Source: Bugula neritina (lineage: Eukaryota > Animalia > Bryozoa). Taken from it: a stretch of 64,000 nt of DNA. A program made the translations under genes and the position numbers. Within the stretch, counting starts at the first letter, position 1; each line of letters begins with the position of its first letter. Of this stretch, positions 36,392 to 64,000 are shown one piece after another. The stretch spans positions 12,757,801 to 12,821,800 of the forward strand of contig OZ037767.1 in the NCBI GenBank assembly GCA_964035545.1, read 5' to 3'. The notes beneath the pieces were generated by a model, which was not told where the DNA came from, ran no database searches, and saw only the letters and a list, made by a program, of their open reading frames with translations.

Positions 36392-36639
36392 AAACTCTGT
36401 AGCCTATTTATATTTTAAGTACTATAGTAAATAATATACAAATACCCATAGAGAATAGTCACCCAAGAAAAACTTCATGCATCTGCTATAAATTATGTTT
36501 TTACTTTACATTATGGTTTTTATATATTAATTTACACCTACAAACCTATATAACAATACAGCCACTGCTATGTTTTCGTTACGTTTTACCTTGTGTTTAG
36601 CATTTTGATTTTCTTAATGTAAAAATTTAAATTTGTCAA

Positions 36640-36690
36640 TATTGTGCCTGAGGAGTGCCGAAGAGGCATGAAACTATTAGTAGTACAATA
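36640..36690 (+). ncRNA. Minimal type I hammerhead ribozyme (PLE-associated)
   Basis: Stem I TATTGTGC/GTACAATA, core CTGAGGA, stem II GTGCC-GAAGA-GGCAT, GAAA, short near-palindromic stem III CTATTAG, GTA cleavage triplet (predicted cut after 36682). Confidence 0.88.
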
Positions 36691-36725
36691 AAACAACATC
36701 TATATAATTAAATTGCTCTTTTCCT

Positions 36726-36776
<51 letters not shown>

Positions 36777-36779
<3 letters not shown>

Positions 36780-38784
36780 AGCAAACTGTGGGTTCTGAAT
36801 GCAACTAGTGCCTACATGCTCTAGAAAGAATAAGCCAAGTATTTGAGTACAAATGAGGATAACCTTTATTGTATCAGATACAGCTTAGGGCCCTACTACC
36901 AGCGAGCTCCAGTAGTAGTCGGAATCTACACTGGAAACTCGCCTGCTTTTATACACAAGAATTCACATCTAGAATGTTCCAACAGACAAAAGAAAGTTAA
37001 GCTTGACAGTAACAAAAGAAAAATAGACAAAGGAGAATGAATCATTCAATAGGCCAAGAATTTAGCTATAATAACAACCTATTGAAGGCATTCATAAAAG
37101 CTACACAGATTTCCAGTATCAGTATTAATGCAAAACGATAAAATAGCAAAAGGGAAAATAACTCTGGAAATGCGTATTTCATGGAAATTACATTATACTG
37201 AAAGCTTTAACAACAATCACAATAATAGGCCATTAGAAAGCTAGCCCAACTTAGCTACAATTACAGCATTCAAAATACACGCAACAGTAATTATAATACT
37301 GACACACGCAGTTACTTGAGAACAGTAGAGGATGAGAATCTATCACATTCTCCCCCCATCGAAAAGCATCCCCTTTTCGATAACAAAACAATGATTCCAC
37401 ACAAAAAAGAAACGAAACACAAACGTAGAAAAATATGCGGTTAACAGAAAAGTATTATGATTAATCACACGTAACACGAGAATATATACAGTTCAGGTGG
37501 CTATTGCCAGCGGCCCCTAATTGTCCGGTTTTATCATTGGAGGTGGTGCACCAGGCTTTCTATCTTTTTTGTACATGGGTCGAGGATACGTGACCAGGCC
37601 TGAATTGCACTATCCAGGATGCACTCTCGGTAAGGAAGTGCCATACTCTGCCCGTGACGGGGCGATTGTGGGTGGGTTGGCTGAGTCTGTTCTTCTATCT
37701 GGCTGCCTGGTGCTCCAGATATTCAATACTGGCGGGCGACCAGGGCTCGAGGCAGGGCCAGTATTTGGGAGTCATCTTCTTCTGCTGTAAGTTGGTCGCC
37801 GTGTAGGATGCCCTGCTCCTCCCCGGCTGTGAGCTGGAGCTCGACCGGTTCGGGGTCAGGGCCACTAACGCTGGCGGAACACACCTCGGAAGAGGGGGTG
37901 TCGTCCTGCTGGCTGTGGGGAGCCGAAACAGGAGCTGGTGGGGGAGGGGAGTCGGATCGACTGGCCTCCTCGGTATCCATACGCTCCTCTGTTCGAGTTT
38001 CTGGCGAGGTAATTCCCATAGCTGATGCTAGTGTCTGAATAACAGTATTTAAATTATACTTAGGGGTATCAGGATTAGAATTCAACTTAAGCTGTAACTG
38101 ACGTGCTAGCTGTGTGAAATATTCTTCTTGGTGGAATTCTCCGAGGTGATGGAGGGAATTTCCAACCAAGATGGAGTGGTCGTCTGTACTGGGTGGGTCA
38201 CCATCATGAGGGGGCCACTCTAGATGCCCTACAGCATACTCTGCCAGGTATCTGGGGGGTCTTCGTGACCGCTGGCTCCTCTCAATTGGAGCAGGCGCTG
38301 ATGGTGCCGGTGGCTCCTGGGCTACCCTAGCAGGGGGGTCCCCGTCTTCACCCAACACGTGGGTGGGGGTGTCTTCCCCCAGGGAGGGTGGTGGTGGTCC
38401 TAGGGCTTGCTGCTCTTCTTGCTCCTGCTCCTCTCTCTGCTGTCGCTCCAGCTGCTCCAGCAAGGCGGCCTGCTCCTGGTCCGCCTCTCTAGGGACCACA
38501 ATTTCCACCTCTCGGAGCTGGGTAGCCCGTCCTCGACGGTTGGGTTGGCGGTGGGGCTCCAGGAGGGGTGGAGCCTGACCCACTGCGTCTGGGCTGACAT
38601 GGTAAGGCTTCAGGTGCTGCTTGCTCTGGACCGAGACCTGTCCAGAGCGCTCCACACGGTATGTGTGGTTGGGCAGCACCTCCACTACACAGTAGGGACC
38701 GACGAACTTGGGCTGAAGTTTAGCCGACTGTCCGCGTCGCCTACGGTAGCTCACCATCCAGACCCAGTCTCCCACCTGGTACAA
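36777..38784 (-). mobile_element. Ty3/Gypsy 3' fragment A: integrase tail, PPT and 3' LTR
   Basis: LYQVGDWVW..RRRRG.SAKLQPKFVGPY integrase C-terminus (ORF 37723-38787); PPT GGGGGGAGAA (37348-37357); LTR TGTGA...CTACA (36777-37347) containing TATAAAA and AATAAA. Confidence 0.85.
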
Positions 38785-40480
38785 CACGCTGCCCAGCCTT
38801 TTCTTACGCCGACGCGGTCAAGAGTAGACGTGCTTTTTAATCCATCCACATCCAAGCTTGAACGTCGAGTATGAGTATAAATACCGAGTTTCCAGGTAAG
38901 CTTGCTTAGATCTAACACTCCACTAATGGAAATAGATCTCACCTCAGTCAACTCTGATTTAATCGATCTGATTGAATCACAGTTACTGGAGACAGACAGA
39001 GTCACACGTGAATGACGACGAAGACACAGTAATGGCGGACGATCTACTAGATCTGGAGCTTGATACTATGTCTCTCAGTCAGTTTACACGTTCTGACACA
39101 GTCTCTCGAGTGCCGTATAAAAAAATGCATGACTCTCAGACTAGTAACAGTCGATTGTCATCAGAATTATGCTGTAAAGATCAAACTCGATCTAACAATA
39201 ATTCTGCTCTTTAAGACGCCACTCGCTCTCCTGACTACGGAGACATGCCACCACTAGAGCTAGCCTGGAACGGTGAGACACCTCTTACATCCCTACCAGA
39301 CGTGCTACTCCAACAACATAGCTGGGTCGCACCGGAAACAGAAAGGCAGATTCAGCTACACCGCGGCCATGATGAATGCACCACCTGCAGGCTGTGTCAG
39401 CAGCACTTCTCCACCCATCGCCGTTTGCGCGTCCACGTACCGCAACACTTCCTAACTACTCTCTGTCCCTGTGGTGAATTTAGTTACCACAGGGACTACA
39501 TCCTCAGACGTCAGCGCAATATGGAATGCCATGTAGGGCACCTGTACGATGTAGATCAATACAACTTCTCTACCTTTCGCAATCTGATCAAGCCCTTCAT
39601 TAAAGATCTCCCCCGCTTTGAACGACTCAAACAAGGATTCCCCTCTCCTCGCATCATCACTCACGGACCGTGCCCAAAACCCCCCAGACACAAGAAACCT
39701 ACCAAGCCACCTCACTCTCCTCCAGCACAGACTATACCTCGCCCCTCCACCCTACCCCGAGTCCTGCTTCACAGAGTCGAGATACCTCGGAAACGACGTT
39801 CCCCCTCTCCCGCTTCTATACAACCCTTTTCTAAACGCCGCTGGCATTCCTCCTCCCCAAAACGGCAGGCTCCCACCGCCCGCAACTTAAAAGAAGTTGA
39901 ACTCCGCATGTATGACTTAGAAGCTGAGATTCAATGGTTAACCACCAGAGTTGCCGCCGCCGCCTCAGAGATGAAGACTCTTAAAGCTTCCGTGGCCCTC
40001 CTCAAACGGGGCGACCAAGACTGATGATAGCAGTATCCTCCCTCCCCACTTCTCTGACTATCCGCACCTGCAGGTGGTGACGATCCCTCTCTCTCCGTTC
40101 TCTCCTCCTCTGGCCGTTTCTGATCTCGGTGCTACACGATCTCCGTATATGGATTGTATTATTCTTTTTGTTATATTTTTTTTATGTCAATACGTAATTT
40201 TGCTCAATAGTGTGTAAACTCTTTTGGAGATGTCCACCTTACGTGATGTTCAGATTTTATATTTTTTTTCTTGGTTTTTTTTATAATACTTTGTTTTAGA
40301 TATTTTTTGTTGTTATGGGTGCATATCAGGAAGGTATGCTTCCTGCTGGGGGGGGGGGCGGTGTGATGAGGCGTGGTTTACGCCTCACGCGTATCCCCCT
40401 GCCAATCAGAGAGTGATTGGCAACTATTGGATGAAGCCAAGCAGAACAATTTACTAGTCGGCTAGCGTATACTTGCCGTG
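38782..40480 (+). mobile_element. Ty3/Gypsy 3' fragment B: pol end, accessory ORF3, PPT, start of 3' LTR (right boundary uncertain)
   Basis: FSYADAVKSRR pol-terminal motif shared with 49890-49940(-); G-run PPT 40348-40361; LTR begins TGTGA at 40362. Confidence 0.8.
39032..40024 (+). CDS. Gypsy accessory ORF3: tandem zinc finger + coiled-coil protein (one premature TAA at 39212-39214; open from 39245)
   Basis: MADDLLDLE at 39032 is in frame with ORF 39245-40024; CRLC-x12-H-x3-H, CPCG second finger, Pro/Arg/Ser linker, LKEVELRMYDLEAEIQWL...LKASVALLKR heptads; homologue at 48829-49743. Confidence 0.75.
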
Positions 40481-42229
40481 ATGTAAAGTAGCATTGTGAT
40501 AATACTTATAGAGATTTTTACGCCATATTTTATAGTTTATAATAAAGTTTACAAACGAAATTATCAGTGAATTGCTTGTGACTAAATGCAGATTGCTCAC
40601 TAGAAAACCCACATAAACATTGTGCTTCGCACAACAGTATTTATTCTCTACTTTGAAATATTGATTTAAATGCAACAAAAAAACGTAAAATAATATAAGT
40701 GAAGGGCTACTTAGCAGTTTATGCTACACGTTTCCTGGCTGAAAGTGTAGCATGTAAATGGAGGCTAAGAGTAAAATATATTTCAATGAATGAATCATTT
40801 CAGGAAACTGATGGTGTAAAAGCTATTTATATAACTTAGTCATAGTGAAATCATACACAAAAGGAAGTCATGTTGACATTTGCGTGCAGTTTTGTCATAG
40901 CCATAGAAGAAAACAGCTACATATACATGACTAATGTAATGGTTTTCTAATTATAAGCAAGTTGATTAACTTTGTTTGTTTCGATGAGAGGAAGAAATTT
41001 CACTGGCATTCCCAATTAATTACAATAACTATTTATAATTCATAAATTATTAAACTATTTGTCGCAGATATATAAGTTAAAAAATCTAGTTTAAATTGTC
41101 AACATTTTATAAAGGTGTAAATCATTAAGTATTTAATAAGAACTGAAAAGGGTTTTTAAACTGAAGCATAGTTTCAAACTTAATGCTTTTTATCACAATC
41201 TACGAGTTTATGCAGTATGAAATTTGTGGCACTTTTAAGATGCAATGATTATTACTCGCTCACTGTCAGCTGTTTTCATGCTTGAAAACTACTACATCTG
41301 ACATAGAACTCTGCTGCGTACTTAACTAATATTCTGTTTAATTTTAGATGTGAATTTGATGTTGGGAATAGGAGTTTTCATTTTACTGTTGAGAAGTAAA
41401 ATTCTGTTACTCTAGAAGAGAAGACAACACTGAATAACACTAAATTTGTAGAAGTTAGCGCAAACATAGAACACACACAAATAGTTTGGTAGCGAATCAA
41501 ACTTTTTAAATGCTACAAGCAATAGCTATTGAATTTTTTGAAAGATTTTACATAAAAAAATAAAGAAAGAATAAGTCACATGATGAAGGAATTCTCAATT
41601 TTGCTTTGAGATTTACATTCTTCAAAAACTGCATAACTTTTTGTTCAAATAGTTACAAGACTGAGTGATTTTGTGCTAGAATTCTCAGTAGCTTCTATAG
41701 CAGAGTTCAAGAGCTAAAGTGGTTATGGGAAGCAAGAGAAGTTGCGGAGAACTGGGTAGAATATGTGTTGGAATTCCCCATGCAGGTGTCCCTATAGTAG
41801 AATGGGTAGAATGCTGGTGTCATTGTTGAAAAAAAATGCAGTTCTATGTATTTTTATTCTTTGGGCAAATTGTTTTTGCAATTACCTTATAGCAACCTTA
41901 TATTAATTATTTAAAAATATCATTATTACTTTGAACAGTTGGTTGATAGGTAATTGAATATCACGTTAAATTTAACAAAAAACATTCCAGTTATATTAAT
42001 TTGCCAAGTTCAGGGGTTTACCAACTAAATATATCTTTTTGAATTAAAAAAATACATTGCATGGGTTAAACATGTTGCTGCATGCTTAAACCAGTGTGGC
42101 AAGTTGATACTGCAACGATGAAACATTAACTAATGCACATATCATTTCATCTATAGTATAACTTTATTTGTAAAATTAATATTACAAGCAAAAAGTCACT
42201 TCAATTATAATAAATTCAACTTCTACTAA

Positions 42230-63942
<21,713 letters not shown>

Positions 63943-64000
63943 CTAAAATTATGCATTTTGGTACTCTAGAGTAACATACAGCTAAATAGCATGTGCACTA

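Larger units (their letters stand above)
34338..36731 (+). mobile_element. Penelope-like retroelement, right arm (near full length, internal deletion), possibly Naiad clade
   Basis: Terminal repeat present at both ends (34338-34415 ~ 36655-36731), single RT-GIY-YIG ORF, hammerhead in the repeat. Clade guess from recalled KNIP.P, YRDDG, W.NPPYS, SYSCM.N motifs. Confidence 0.93.

Noticed and set aside
34553-36731. Selenoprotein-type Penelope (in-frame UGA plus SECIS, reported for some Naiad elements)
   Set aside because: The ORF has no in-frame TGA, ends in TAG, and I see no convincing SECIS core in the 3' UTR
39245-40024. env gene or host C2H2 transcription-factor gene
   Set aside because: No signal peptide, fusion peptide or TM helix; intronless and located between a pol end and a PPT in two elements

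Overview
AT-rich, intron-containing animal genomic DNA, probably an invertebrate (a lophotrochozoan is only a guess from gene content). Exon structures were reconstructed by hand from GT/AG junctions and reading frame. Host genes: (i) the 5' part of a secreted protein gene on the minus strand, with motifs resembling ependymin/LolA-fold proteins (3420-7238); (ii) COX16 on the plus strand (4 coding exons, 103 aa), head-to-head with it; (iii) two tandem minus-strand paralogues of a reprolysin/M12B (ADAMTS-like) zinc metalloprotease. Copy A (18910-27627) has 14 exons, 716 aa, and a duplicated signal-peptide exon upstream; copy B runs from 42230 to the window edge. The rest is a dense set of mobile elements: an inverted pair of near-identical Penelope-like elements carrying minimal hammerhead ribozymes, a dead Tc1 inside one arm, one nearly full-length Ty3/Gypsy element plus several fragments, Harbinger-type MITEs, tRNA-derived SINEs and many mini/microsatellites. 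The most novel-looking signal is in two divergent Gypsy families. Both carry a sense-strand third ORF after pol that is not env-like and encodes a tandem zinc-finger plus C-terminal coiled-coil protein conserved at the amino-acid level. Three Gypsy families also share a covarying stem-loop immediately before the polypurine tract.
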